Source: a virus
Direction: 5' to 3' (one strand)
IMG/VR virus record: IMGVR_UViG_3300010939_000019
Span: 1-64,000 of that record
DNA length: 64,000 bases
Part shown: piece after piece, positions 25,997 to 34,154 of the stretch
How positions within the stretch are numbered: position 1 is the first letter of the stretch
Layout: every line of letters starts with the position of its first letter
Notes under the pieces: model-generated
Seen by the model: the letters and a program-made list of their open reading frames with translations, nothing else
The model's database searches: none
Told to the model about the DNA's origin: nothing
Translations under genes and position numbers: made by a program

Positions 25997-27765
25997 TGGT
26001 TTTAGAAGATACCAAGGGAAAAACAGTACATCATAAACCTCCTGATTTTAATAGTGTGTGGACTTCATCGCAGCTAAGTTGTGAGCGGTACTGTTATCTT
26101 ATTGCTCAGGGTATCGAAGGTGACTTTGTAGAGTCAGCTGTGCTTGATGAAGGTCGTCTTCACGAAGATGATGTAATAGCTAAACTACAAGTTAAGGGTG
26201 TTATAGTTACAGATAGACAAGTAACACTACGACATCCTACATTGCCTTTAATTGGTCATCCTGATGGAAGAGTTTATATACCTCCTGACATGTCTTCAGG
26301 AATTCTTGTTCCTGGAACCAGATATCTTCTCGATGTAAAGTGTGTTTCTCTTGGGACTCAAATTCTTAAGGCTGATTTGACTTGGGTAAATGCTGGTGAT
26401 TTACGGGAAGGTGATAAGGTAGTTGGATTTGATGAAAATCCAGATGGGGGCCGTAGACGACTGCGAGAATCTACTGTGGTTAGTAATAATATTGAAATAA
26501 TGCCAGCATTGGATACTGTTTTATCAGACGGCAGTGTATTACGTTCTTCCAGTTCACATTATTGGTTAACTAGTAGGCTTTCTGGAGAAGCAGAAAGAAT
26601 TGTTCCACCGTTCTGGGAAAAGACTTCTGAACTCTCTAGCGGCTTTATTCCTAAAAGAGATAGATTTGATTGGGAGGCTAGCTCTTATTATCTTCCTAAA
26701 TATTTCTCTGTTTGGGAAGAAGACTTCTCATACGAAGCTGGCTACTTGTCTGCTTCGTGGGATGGTGAAGGGAGTTTATTTTATTCACCATCCCGTCCAT
26801 GTTGGCAATTAGAGTTCAGTCAGTCTGAGAATGAGATGCTGGAAAGAGTGAAGGCTTATCTGGATGAAAAGGAATTTAACTATAGAACTAATGACAGAAT
26901 AACTTCTAGTGGCAAAGTGAATGTTTTAGTAACTTTACAAGGTGGCTTTGCTGAGATAACTCGATTCTTAGGGCAGTTTAGACCTCCTCGTCTGCTATCA
27001 AAATTTCATTGGGAGAAACAACCATTCTTACAGATGAAGTCACTTCCAGAAGTTGAAGATGTGGTAGATGTTGGTGAGAAGTCATTGTGTGTCTTACAGA
27101 CAACGACTGGCACGTTTATAGCTGAAGGGTTTGCCTCTCACAACAGTTTCGACAGAAGTTTCCATCAGAAGGCTATTAAGGACTTCGTTGGTAACTTTCC
27201 ACATTTATATAGACAGTTACAGAGTTATTCTCTGATGTCTGAAGATCATGAACCTGTTTATGTACCGGCTAAAAATAGAGCATCTGGTGAGATTCATGAG
27301 TTAGTCCTTGATCCTGATGAAGAAGAGTGGTCTAAGATAGAAACTATGATAACCATTCTTGATAACGCTGTTCATGATCCGAAGTTTGATTATAAGTATT
27401 TACATTGTCCTCCTGCTGATTCTATATCTGGAAGGTACTGTCCTTATCGCGTAGTAGGTATGTGTGAGCATCAGACTAATATTCCTAATATTACTGAGGC
27501 TCAGGTAGTACAAGCTTTATCTGATTATCAAGAAGGTAAGACTCTTGAAAAAATAGGTGGAGAACGTAAGCTGGAAGCTAAAGAGATTATGGCAGCGTAC
27601 TTAAAGAATCATAATATTACAAAGATGAAGATAGGTGATAAGGTTCCTATGATAACTGACGAGAATAGTCGATCCTGTGATTATGATATGTTAGAGCAAG
27701 AAGATCTTGTACTGTATAAGAAGGTAGTGAAAAAGACACCTTACCAGAAGTTTCAAATCAGATGA
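25996..27765 (+). CDS. Cas4/RecB-like PD-(D/E)XK exonuclease interrupted by an intein
   Basis: The exteins carry GHPDG...YLLDVK|SFD (D...D-x-K nuclease motif) plus an N-terminal Cys and a C-terminal CPPADSISGRYCPYRVVGMC cluster, as in Cas4-type Fe-S nucleases. Confidence 0.7.
   Translation: MVLEDTKGKTVHHKPPDFNSVWTSSQLSCERYCYLIAQGIEGDFVESAVLDEGRLHEDDVIAKLQVKGVIVTDRQVTLRHPTLPLIGHPDGRVYIPPDMSSGILVPGTRYLLDVKCVSLGTQILKADLTWVNAGDLREGDKVVGFDENPDGGRRRLRESTVVSNNIEIMPALDTVLSDGSVLRSSSSHYWLTSRLSGEAERIVPPFWEKTSELSSGFIPKRDRFDWEASSYYLPKYFSVWEEDFSYEAGYLSASWDGEGSLFYSPSRPCWQLEFSQSENEMLERVKAYLDEKEFNYRTNDRITSSGKVNVLVTLQGGFAEITRFLGQFRPPRLLSKFHWEKQPFLQMKSLPEVEDVVDVGEKSLCVLQTTTGTFIAEGFASHNSFDRSFHQKAIKDFVGNFPHLYRQLQSYSLMSEDHEPVYVPAKNRASGEIHELVLDPDEEEWSKIETMITILDNAVHDPKFDYKYLHCPPADSISGRYCPYRVVGMCEHQTNIPNITEAQVVQALSDYQEGKTLEKIGGERKLEAKEIMAAYLKNHNITKMKIGDKVPMITDENSRSCDYDMLEQEDLVLYKKVVKKTPYQKFQIR
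26341..27144 (+). mobile_element. intein with LAGLIDADG-type homing endonuclease domain (aa 116-383)
   Basis: Begins CVSLGTQI right after the catalytic Lys and ends ...FIAEGFASHN followed by Ser. Block-B-like SSSH. Internal YEAGYLSASWDGEGSL. Confidence 0.7.
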
Positions 27766-27777
27766 CATCTACTTTAC

Positions 27778-27806
27778 TTGACAAGCTTTCAGATATGTGT
27801 TATAAA
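27778..27806 (+). promoter_or_regulatory. conserved promoter copy
   Basis: TTGACA-agcttTCAGATATGTGt-TATAAA. Confidence 0.55.
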
Positions 27807-27857
27807 AGAGATAGCTAATAATTATATCTCAAGGATGAATAGGGAAAGAAGTAAATT

Positions 27858-28688
27858 ATGGCTGCTAGAGAAAAGATAATGCTTGGTGGAGAGTCGAAGT
27901 CTGGGAAGACTTTTTCTTGGCTCTCTATAGCGCGAAGTAATCCAGATTCCCAGTTCTATGTTGCAGAGCCTGATGATGGTATTAATAAGGTTCTAGAGAA
28001 TGAATATGAAGATGTATTGAAACATGGTAATGTTCATGGTGCTCATAAAAGTCTAGAAGGATTATGGATGCCACCTGAGTTTATTTCTCAGAACTGGAAA
28101 GATGTACGTAATTTTGTAAGTGGACTGAAAAGCCTTCGGGATGCAGGTGAGTTAAGTCCTGATGATTGGATTATACTAGAAGGTATGGATATTATTACTC
28201 GTATAATTCGGTCAGAATATATTGCAGATACTAATAAAATAGATTCTAAGACGAAAGCAATGATGGCAGATCCTTGGGAGGCTATTAAGTCAAAGCGAGC
28301 TAGGGGCGCGCCTGTTCTGGAACCATCTGATCATGATGCAATTAATTATGAGTATGAAGGTCAGATGACTACTCTAGTGTATACTATGCCTTGTAACTTC
28401 TTAGGAACGTCCGGTATTGAGCGTATCCATTTTGATTCTAAGTTTATGGACGAAGATCAGAAGCAGTATTATGCATCCCTGGGAACTGGTCTTAAACTGG
28501 AAGGTCATAAGCGTAATCCGCGTATGTTTGATACTATAGTCTATCTGTATGTAGGTAGTGAGTATCAGATGGAGGTTCTTGGAGATAGAGGTATTGGTAA
28601 ACAATCTCGGCGTAAATGTACAGACTTCTGGCTGGAGCTACAACGGTCTAGAGCAGCTAAAATATCTGAAGGAGCTGTAGCGAAGTGA
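27858..28688 (+). CDS. AAA/RecA-like ATPase (possible Sak4-like recombination ATPase)
   Basis: N-terminal Walker A GGESKSGKT, WIILEGMD Walker-B-like. Sits next to the exonuclease gene. Confidence 0.5.
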   Translation: MAAREKIMLGGESKSGKTFSWLSIARSNPDSQFYVAEPDDGINKVLENEYEDVLKHGNVHGAHKSLEGLWMPPEFISQNWKDVRNFVSGLKSLRDAGELSPDDWIILEGMDIITRIIRSEYIADTNKIDSKTKAMMADPWEAIKSKRARGAPVLEPSDHDAINYEYEGQMTTLVYTMPCNFLGTSGIERIHFDSKFMDEDQKQYYASLGTGLKLEGHKRNPRMFDTIVYLYVGSEYQMEVLGDRGIGKQSRRKCTDFWLELQRSRAAKISEGAVAK

Positions 28689-28897
28689 CTGTATTTGCCA
28701 AAGCGTGGAATTCTTTAAAGCAGAGTATAGAAGAAAAGAATTCTTGGGGTAAAAATGAATTAAAAATGTTAATGTTGATGTATGACTGTCTACATACAGC
28801 AGCCACGGAGAATGATAGGGGAGAAGATGCATATAACGATCTTCAGGCTTGGTTAGAGTATGTGCAGATTGTGGACTCTGTGGACTCTCAGGTATAG
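28685..28897 (+). CDS. hypothetical protein
   Basis: 70-aa ORF overlapping the upstream stop (GTGA). Confidence 0.45.
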   Translation: MTVFAKAWNSLKQSIEEKNSWGKNELKMLMLMYDCLHTAATENDRGEDAYNDLQAWLEYVQIVDSVDSQV

Positions 28898-28959
28898 AGC
28901 TGTTAATCTACAGATGTAAGGATACTGCTGATGGTTTTCATACAGTTAGACATGAGTGA

Positions 28960-29224
28960 AAGGAGAGATCTCGGAGTCCACTCAGAACGGTAAATCAGGA
29001 TACCTTTGTAGAAAGGTAATGCTTGTTCACCGTCTCCTGTGCGCCTGAGCAGTCCAGCTTGTTCGTCATCGAGACTGGACTTTCTTGCTGAGATTCATCT
29101 TTTAGGTCTTTTGAGCATCTCAGTAGGGAGTAATGGAGGTTTCAGAAAAGAGTGACTGTCATTCTGATCTGACAGTAAGTAAGATGGACAACTGAATTCT
29201 GAGTGGACTTTGAGGTCTCTTCTT
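28960..29224 (+). ncRNA. candidate structured RNA (~265 nt), family unknown
   Basis: 28-bp closing helix 28960-28987/29197-29224 whose only non-Watson-Crick pairs are 4 G-U wobbles. Four internal 7-bp hairpins. No ORF of 60 aa or more on either strand. Confidence 0.5.
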
Positions 29225-29234
29225 AAGAATAGGT

Positions 29235-29639
29235 ATGATAGTTGGGAGGTACGATAATGTGGTTACAGCGAAAGAAAAGATACTAGACTTACCTAGACCA
29301 CTTACTGATAATCTATCAGATATAGGTGACGAACTGGGTGTTAGTAGACAATATGTTCATCAGATTGTAACTGAAGAAAAGATACCGTATATAGTTGGAG
29401 GAGTTAAGCAGAGACAAGTATGCATAAATCCTGAGTGCGATAATCTGACTTCTTACTCAGATCCAGATAGAGATTCATACTGTGATCTGTGTGACTCTAT
29501 AGAACTTAGACGTAAAGGAGAATGGGTAAAGTGTACTCTTTGCAGAACATCAGTCTATCGTCGTCAGTCACTACTAGCAAGAACTAAACAGGTTTTCTGT
29601 AGTACAGGATGTTATAATAAGTTTAGACAGATTAAATAA
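29235..29639 (+). CDS. HTH plus zinc-ribbon DNA-binding protein
   Basis: LSDIGDELGVSRQYVHQIV HTH, and C-terminal CxxC pairs. A GTG at 29259 has a better RBS (GGGAGG). Confidence 0.5.
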   Translation: MIVGRYDNVVTAKEKILDLPRPLTDNLSDIGDELGVSRQYVHQIVTEEKIPYIVGGVKQRQVCINPECDNLTSYSDPDRDSYCDLCDSIELRRKGEWVKCTLCRTSVYRRQSLLARTKQVFCSTGCYNKFRQIK

Positions 29640-29654
29640 AGGATTAATATAAAC

Positions 29655-30079
29655 ATGTATTCTATTAAAATCAAGAGACGGTTTTATGAGAAAACAGAAT
29701 ATATTGAAGGTCATTTATTGTGGTTGGGCGCTTTAGATGGTTGCAGTTATGGTAGTTTCTGGAATGGCGAGACAGTAGAACATGCTCACAGAATTGCCTG
29801 GAAGTTAATTTATGGTGATATTCCAGATGATAAACATATACTCCATAAGAATATCTGTCAGCATCCTCCGTGTGTAAATATCAGGCATCTCTATCTTGGA
29901 ACTCACCAAGATAATATGAGAGATACAGTGAAAGCTGGAAGTCACTATTTTGCAAGCAGAACTCATTGTCTAAAAGGTCATCGAATACCTATCATCGTCA
30001 GCAGTTAAATGGTGGCTCTATGGGAATGTGCCGATCTTGTAATAGAGAGCGATCCAGAATAAATAGAATGGCTTCTTAA
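29655..30079 (+). pseudogene. HNH_3-type homing endonuclease disrupted by a frameshift
   Basis: GHLLWLGALDG...HAHRIAWKLIYG...HKNICQHPPCVNIRHLYLGTHQDNMRD is open to 30008. The expected C-terminus NTYHRQQLNGGSMGMCRSCNRERSR continues in the -1 frame from about 29981 to 30079. Confidence 0.5.
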
Positions 30080-30083
30080 TACT

Positions 30084-30773
30084 ATGGTGAGTATATTATA
30101 TAGTCCTTCAGAGCCGTGGGAAATAAAAAATGACTTTGGTAATGTTGGTATTTCAACACCAAGTATTCCTTGTGATTATGTTTGGTATTGTAATGGGCGC
30201 AAAACGCAGATAGAACGTAAGCATGTACCACAGGACTTACTAGCATCTATTAACGATGGGCGGCTTACTAAAGTAACTCAGATACTTATCCAGAATATCG
30301 AGAAAGGTGGACGTAGTTATCTTCTTTTAGAAGGCTTTATACGCTGTAACAGTAGTGGCTTTATTCTTAATCCAGATAGACCTAGTGGGTGGGAAATAGA
30401 TAAGGTTTCTAGTCTGATCTCTTCTATTCAAGCATCTGGTATAGAGTTACTTCTGAGTCCTAGTATTAAAGAAACAGCTCTGATACTTATTAGCCAGATG
30501 AGATGGGAGATGAAGGGAGAACATAAAAGCACTCGTACTAGACCTGGGCCTACGCATGAATGGGGACAGCCTGCATTCGCGCCTTATATGCTTTGGTCGA
30601 TACAAGGGATTCCAGGAGTAGGAGCAGATCTTGCAGAGATATTGTATGGTACGGCTCCAACTTGGGAAAAGCTATTAGAGTTATCAATAGAAGACTTACA
30701 GCAGTTAAAACGTATTGGCAAAAAGAGAGCTGAGGGGATATGGACATTTCTCCACACAGGAAAACTGTTATAG
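30084..30773 (+). CDS. ERCC4 (XPF/Mus81-like) nuclease with C-terminal (HhH)2 domain
   Basis: GRKTQIERKHVPQDLLASINDGRL carries the ERKxxxD signature. C-terminal GIPGVGADLAEIL...LKRIGKKRAEGIW helix-hairpin-helix pair. Confidence 0.75.
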   Translation: MVSILYSPSEPWEIKNDFGNVGISTPSIPCDYVWYCNGRKTQIERKHVPQDLLASINDGRLTKVTQILIQNIEKGGRSYLLLEGFIRCNSSGFILNPDRPSGWEIDKVSSLISSIQASGIELLLSPSIKETALILISQMRWEMKGEHKSTRTRPGPTHEWGQPAFAPYMLWSIQGIPGVGADLAEILYGTAPTWEKLLELSIEDLQQLKRIGKKRAEGIWTFLHTGKLL

Positions 30774-31228
30774 TTATAGAAGGACGATTTTGGGCTAAAG
30801 TTAATAAAACTGAAGGTTGCTGGAATTGGACAGGAGCTAGAGGTGGACTGTATAATTATGGACATTTCTGGATGGGTTATGATAGGGGAGTCCAACAAGC
30901 TCATAGAGTTTCTTGGTTTATATCTTACGGAGAATTTCCTCAGCAATGTGTTCTTCATAAATGTGATAATGTTATATGTGTAAGGATAGAGCATCTATTT
31001 TTAGGGACGCGAACAGATAATGCGAGAGATAGAGATTTAAAAGAGAGACAGGTTAAAGGTGAAGATCATGGAATGGTAAAACTTAGTATAGAAGAAGTTA
31101 AAGAGATTCGTCTCCGCTATACTGAAGAAAAAGTATATTATTGGGAACTGGCTGATATATATGGCGTATCTCCAAGTCAAATTGGTCGAATTGTTAGAGG
31201 TAAAAGATGGAGTCATGCTTCTTCTTAA
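30740..31228 (+). CDS. HNH_3-type homing endonuclease with C-terminal HTH
   Basis: GCWNWTGARGG...QAHRVSWFISYG...HKCDNVICVRIEHLFLGTRTDNARD. C-terminal ELADIYGVSPSQIGRIVRG. Confidence 0.8.
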   Translation: MDISPHRKTVIVIEGRFWAKVNKTEGCWNWTGARGGLYNYGHFWMGYDRGVQQAHRVSWFISYGEFPQQCVLHKCDNVICVRIEHLFLGTRTDNARDRDLKERQVKGEDHGMVKLSIEEVKEIRLRYTEEKVYYWELADIYGVSPSQIGRIVRGKRWSHASS

Positions 31229-31400
31229 GGGCTTTCCAGGAATAGATGCAGAAATAGCTGATATTCTATTTAATGCTGCTCCTACATTTGAGAATCTGTT
31301 AGCTATGTCTGTTGAGGACTTTACAGAACTAAAGCGATTTGGCAAGAAACGTAGTGAAGGACTATATCGCTTCCTCCATGAGGGTAAATTAATTGACTAG
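31215..31400 (+). CDS. stand-alone (HhH)2 fragment, diverged duplicate of the ERCC4 gene 3' end
   Basis: LKGFPGIDAEIADILFNAAPTFENLLAMSVEDFTELKRFGKKRSEGLYRFLHEGKL aligns with aa 172-229 of 30084-30773. Confidence 0.5.
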   Translation: MLLLKGFPGIDAEIADILFNAAPTFENLLAMSVEDFTELKRFGKKRSEGLYRFLHEGKLID

Positions 31401-31412
31401 AGGTAGTGATAA

Positions 31413-31523
31413 GTGATAAAATCTCCTTGGCCTGATTGTCCTAATTGTTCAGGGATAAAGCTGTATAAAAATGCAGGTAAGTGGCGCTGTTGGTATTGTG
31501 GTTATAATAGAAAGATCAAGTAG
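31413..31523 (+). CDS. small zinc-ribbon protein
   Basis: 36 aa, CPNC...CWYC. GTG start. Confidence 0.3.
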   Translation: MIKSPWPDCPNCSGIKLYKNAGKWRCWYCGYNRKIK

Positions 31524-31744
31524 TGACTCAGAAGCCTGAGATTTCTTTCAGGATTAAGATAACAGGTATACGAGAAAAAGTTAAAGGTTCTGAAGTTCAT
31601 AGAGGGGATGTTGGTATAGAAGGCGCAGTAGTGGACTGGATGGATATAGAAGGATTTGAAGTATGGATACCAGTTATTATTCTGTATGATGGTAAAGGAA
31701 AAGTAGTCTTTGGAGATAAAATATGGTGGAAGAGGTTAAGCTAG
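31523..31744 (+). CDS. hypothetical protein
   Basis: 73-aa ORF, GTG start overlapping the upstream stop. Confidence 0.4.
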   Translation: MTQKPEISFRIKITGIREKVKGSEVHRGDVGIEGAVVDWMDIEGFEVWIPVIILYDGKGKVVFGDKIWWKRLS

Positions 31745-32175
31745 ATATCCAAGCGGCCCGTGAGCGCTGCGAGGCGGCGTGTGTAAACTGTGGCGCACCA
31801 TTCACCCCGCGCCGTAAGGATCACCGCTTCTGTTGCGCTCGGTGTCGTTGGACGTATAAGGAGCGCACGACTGGACGAGAGGCGCGGAACCGGCGAACGG
31901 CGGCATATCGCAAGACGGAAAAGGGGAAGGCGGTTGCTAGTGCTATTACGCGCCGACAATATCAAAAGAACCCCGAAGCTGCGATGGCTCGGGCCATGTC
32001 TGGTCATGCCTTGCGGAGAGGTGAAATCGTACAAGCCTCAGAATGTGAAAGTTGTGATGCGCCAGGTCGCCTGGAGGCCCATCACCACAACGGATACAAG
32101 CGCGATCATTGGCTCGATGTGCGCTGGCTTTGCAAGCCGTGCCATGTGGAGGTTCACCATGTGTTGCAGAACTGA
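31723..32175 (+). CDS. zinc-ribbon plus HNH nuclease-like protein (first gene of the G+C-rich island)
   Basis: CVNCG...CCARC, then CESC...EAHHHNGYKRDHWLDVRWLCKPCHVEVHH. Composition switches to G+C-rich at about 31741. Confidence 0.6.
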   Translation: MVEEVKLDIQAARERCEAACVNCGAPFTPRRKDHRFCCARCRWTYKERTTGREARNRRTAAYRKTEKGKAVASAITRRQYQKNPEAAMARAMSGHALRRGEIVQASECESCDAPGRLEAHHHNGYKRDHWLDVRWLCKPCHVEVHHVLQN

Positions 32176-32350
32176 CGCCCACTCCGATCTAGTCAAAGCT
32201 CTGGAGGCACTGGAGGAGGCGCAGGGGTTGCTACGGCGTTTTCATGTCGCTGGCTTATTGAGTTACGAGAGCGGGAAAACTAATGCGGTGGGAGATGTTT
32301 GGCGGGATGTTGACCGCTTTCTGCCCAAGGAGGGGAACAATGACGACTAA
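32159..32350 (+). CDS. hypothetical protein (G+C-rich island)
   Basis: ATG at 32159 overlaps the upstream stop. Only the 3' part of track ORF 31790-32350 is non-overlapping. Confidence 0.3.
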   Translation: MCCRTDAHSDLVKALEALEEAQGLLRRFHVAGLLSYESGKTNAVGDVWRDVDRFLPKEGNNDD

Positions 32351-32570
32351 CGGAGGGTGCATACACATTGACGGGTGTACCTGCTACGCCCGCCTACAGG
32401 CCAAGGTGAATGAAGTTTTACGAGAGAAGGAGGCCGTAGAGGAGCAGTTGCGCGGCTGCAAGGCGCTGGAGCGTCTACTTGTGGCACCTACTTACGACGT
32501 GGCGGCACATGATGAGGCTCGTGCCGCCATTACGCCCGAAGAGGCAAGCGAGAAGGAGGAAAAGCGATGA
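32340..32570 (+). CDS. hypothetical protein (G+C-rich island)
   Basis: ATG at 32340 preceded by AAGGAGGGG, in frame with track ORF 32283-32570. Confidence 0.4.
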   Translation: MTTNGGCIHIDGCTCYARLQAKVNEVLREKEAVEEQLRGCKALERLLVAPTYDVAAHDEARAAITPEEASEKEEKR

Positions 32571-32740
32571 ACGACCCTACCTGTTACGTCTGTGGGCACA
32601 CACCGGAGGAGCAGCGTGAGGAGATTCGAGAGTGTGAGGAACCGGACTGCGCCTGCGGAATGTTCGAGCCGCGTGAGGACGACGACGAGGAAGAGGATGC
32701 GTCGAGGGTGAACGTTACCTATCGCGTGATGAGGGGATAG
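32567..32740 (+). CDS. small Cys-rich acidic protein (G+C-rich island)
   Basis: 57 aa, CYVC...CEEPDCAC. ATGA overlap with the upstream gene. Confidence 0.35.
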   Translation: MNDPTCYVCGHTPEEQREEIRECEEPDCACGMFEPREDDDEEEDASRVNVTYRVMRG

Positions 32741-32809
32741 CTATCCTAGAAAGGTGGTCACGGCCATGAGGCCCATCAGCGAAGCCGATCAAAGGGAGAG
32801 AGCAAGCCG

Positions 32810-33043
32810 ATGATTTCTGAGGCTGACGAAATGGATTACAAGCAGCAGGAAGGCGAGGAGCGGCGTCGGGCGTTTTTGGAGCGCAGGGCGATGATGGGTG
32901 GGCCGGATGCGCCGGAGCCGTGCGAAAGGTGTGACGGCAATGGCCGCGTCGTTACAGACGCGTGTCTATGTCCGGCTCCTCTACACGATGAGGATTGCTA
33001 CCGCGAGTGTCCCCGCTGTCTTGGAACGGGAGTGCAGCCGTAA
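32810..33043 (+). CDS. small Cys-rich protein (G+C-rich island)
   Basis: 77 aa, CERCDGNG...CPRCLGTG (DnaJ-type CxxCxGxG-like pairs). Confidence 0.45.
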   Translation: MISEADEMDYKQQEGEERRRAFLERRAMMGGPDAPEPCERCDGNGRVVTDACLCPAPLHDEDCYRECPRCLGTGVQP

Positions 33044-33681
33044 TGCTGAGCGATGAGGCGCTGAGGCTGCTGGAGCGGCTAACGACCGATGAGGCGATGC
33101 ACTACCTCGTTGACCACGGCAATCCTGGCTACCCTGGCGACAAAGGTGTGCAGGTGGGGAACGAGCTGCACTGCAATTACTGTGATGCCAACGTGGATAG
33201 TGTGGATAGTGACGATCGATCACACAAGGCCGATTGTCCCTGGGCAGAAGCCCGTGCCTTCCTAGCCCAGCCCGAAGGGGCGCGAGAGGCGGCGCTGGTG
33301 GCGCTGGTGGACAAGGTGGCTTCCTATTCGCACGACCCTGACCTTATGTGGTTCCTCAATGAGCACCCTACTCGCTCCAATCGCTTCTTAGCAGCAGAGC
33401 TAGTTCGCTTAGAGTGTGCCCTTGCCGACACCTCCCCGGCTGCTGCGGTGCTGCTGGCACAGGCAAAGGTGGGCAGGGAGCACGTAGCATGGGGCGAAGA
33501 CAGCCAGCGGACACTTAATCGAATGTGTGAGGCGTACAGGGAAAGTAAGCAGGAGGTTCGTGCGCTGCTGGCCGCGAAGGCCGCACTGGAAGCGTGTAGG
33601 TACACACGCCATTGTGGGGGATGCGAAAATGCCCGCGCTGCCCTAGAGGTGGCCCTGATTGTGAGAGAGCCCATCACGTGA
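33043..33681 (+). CDS. hypothetical protein (G+C-rich island)
   Basis: ATG at 33043 in a TAATG overlap with the upstream stop. About 212 aa, Ala/Leu-rich. Confidence 0.5.
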   Translation: MLSDEALRLLERLTTDEAMHYLVDHGNPGYPGDKGVQVGNELHCNYCDANVDSVDSDDRSHKADCPWAEARAFLAQPEGAREAALVALVDKVASYSHDPDLMWFLNEHPTRSNRFLAAELVRLECALADTSPAAAVLLAQAKVGREHVAWGEDSQRTLNRMCEAYRESKQEVRALLAAKAALEACRYTRHCGGCENARAALEVALIVREPIT

Positions 33682-33815
33682 GCGCTGAGGTTCGCTGTCC
33701 CTATTGCAATAAGAAGCTCGCCGAGAGGCTGAACGGGAAGGTAGAGTTCATCTGTCGAGACTGCGAGCATAATAGAATAGGATATGGTTATATGGACGGG
33801 AAAATTATGATATGA
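33678..33815 (+). CDS. small zinc-ribbon protein at the right edge of the island
   Basis: GTGA overlap. CPYC...CRDC. Composition returns to AT-rich inside this ORF. Confidence 0.35.
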   Translation: MSAEVRCPYCNKKLAERLNGKVEFICRDCEHNRIGYGYMDGKIMI

Positions 33816-34153
33816 CAAGGCGATCTAATAGATTGTTTGATCAGAATGATCAGGAGTACCGTTCTGCTACTGGTCTAGATAGCATTGCTGGAAAAGAAGG
33901 TTATACTCTTGATGCTGATTATAATAGAGATCATCATCTTTATACTTTTCAATATAGAGGTCATGGTATAGTAGTGCCAGAGTCTGAAATAATGTGGGAG
34001 ACGTATCCTATGAATCTTTTAGCTGAAAAGATTACAGAATTTATCAAGTCTATAGATAAACAGATTGGATGGAACTGGGAACCTGGTAAACAGAAGTTAG
34101 GACATAATGAGATACTAGCACAATTAGAAGCCAGTTGTAAGGAGGTGGAGTAA
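33812..34153 (+). CDS. hypothetical protein
   Basis: 113-aa ORF. Confidence 0.5.
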   Translation: MTRRSNRLFDQNDQEYRSATGLDSIAGKEGYTLDADYNRDHHLYTFQYRGHGIVVPESEIMWETYPMNLLAEKITEFIKSIDKQIGWNWEPGKQKLGHNEILAQLEASCKEVE

Positions 34154-34154
34154 A

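Noticed and set aside
28960-29224. Interpretation of the structured RNA as a group I intron or a retron msr/msd
   Set aside because: The flanking ORFs (28685-28897 and 29235-29639) do not look like halves of one gene, I could not identify P3/P7/G-binding-site-like elements, and no reverse transcriptase gene is present in the window. It is kept as an RNA of unknown class.
31741-33818. Long overlapping ORFs in the G+C-rich island (31741-32034 -, 31790-32350 + 5' part, 31946-32182 -, 32981-33223 -, 33324-33818 -, 33409-33612 -)
   Set aside because: G+C-rich DNA is poor in stop codons, so long spurious frames are expected. These overlap a coherent chain of translationally coupled + strand genes and translate to Arg/Pro/Ser-rich products.
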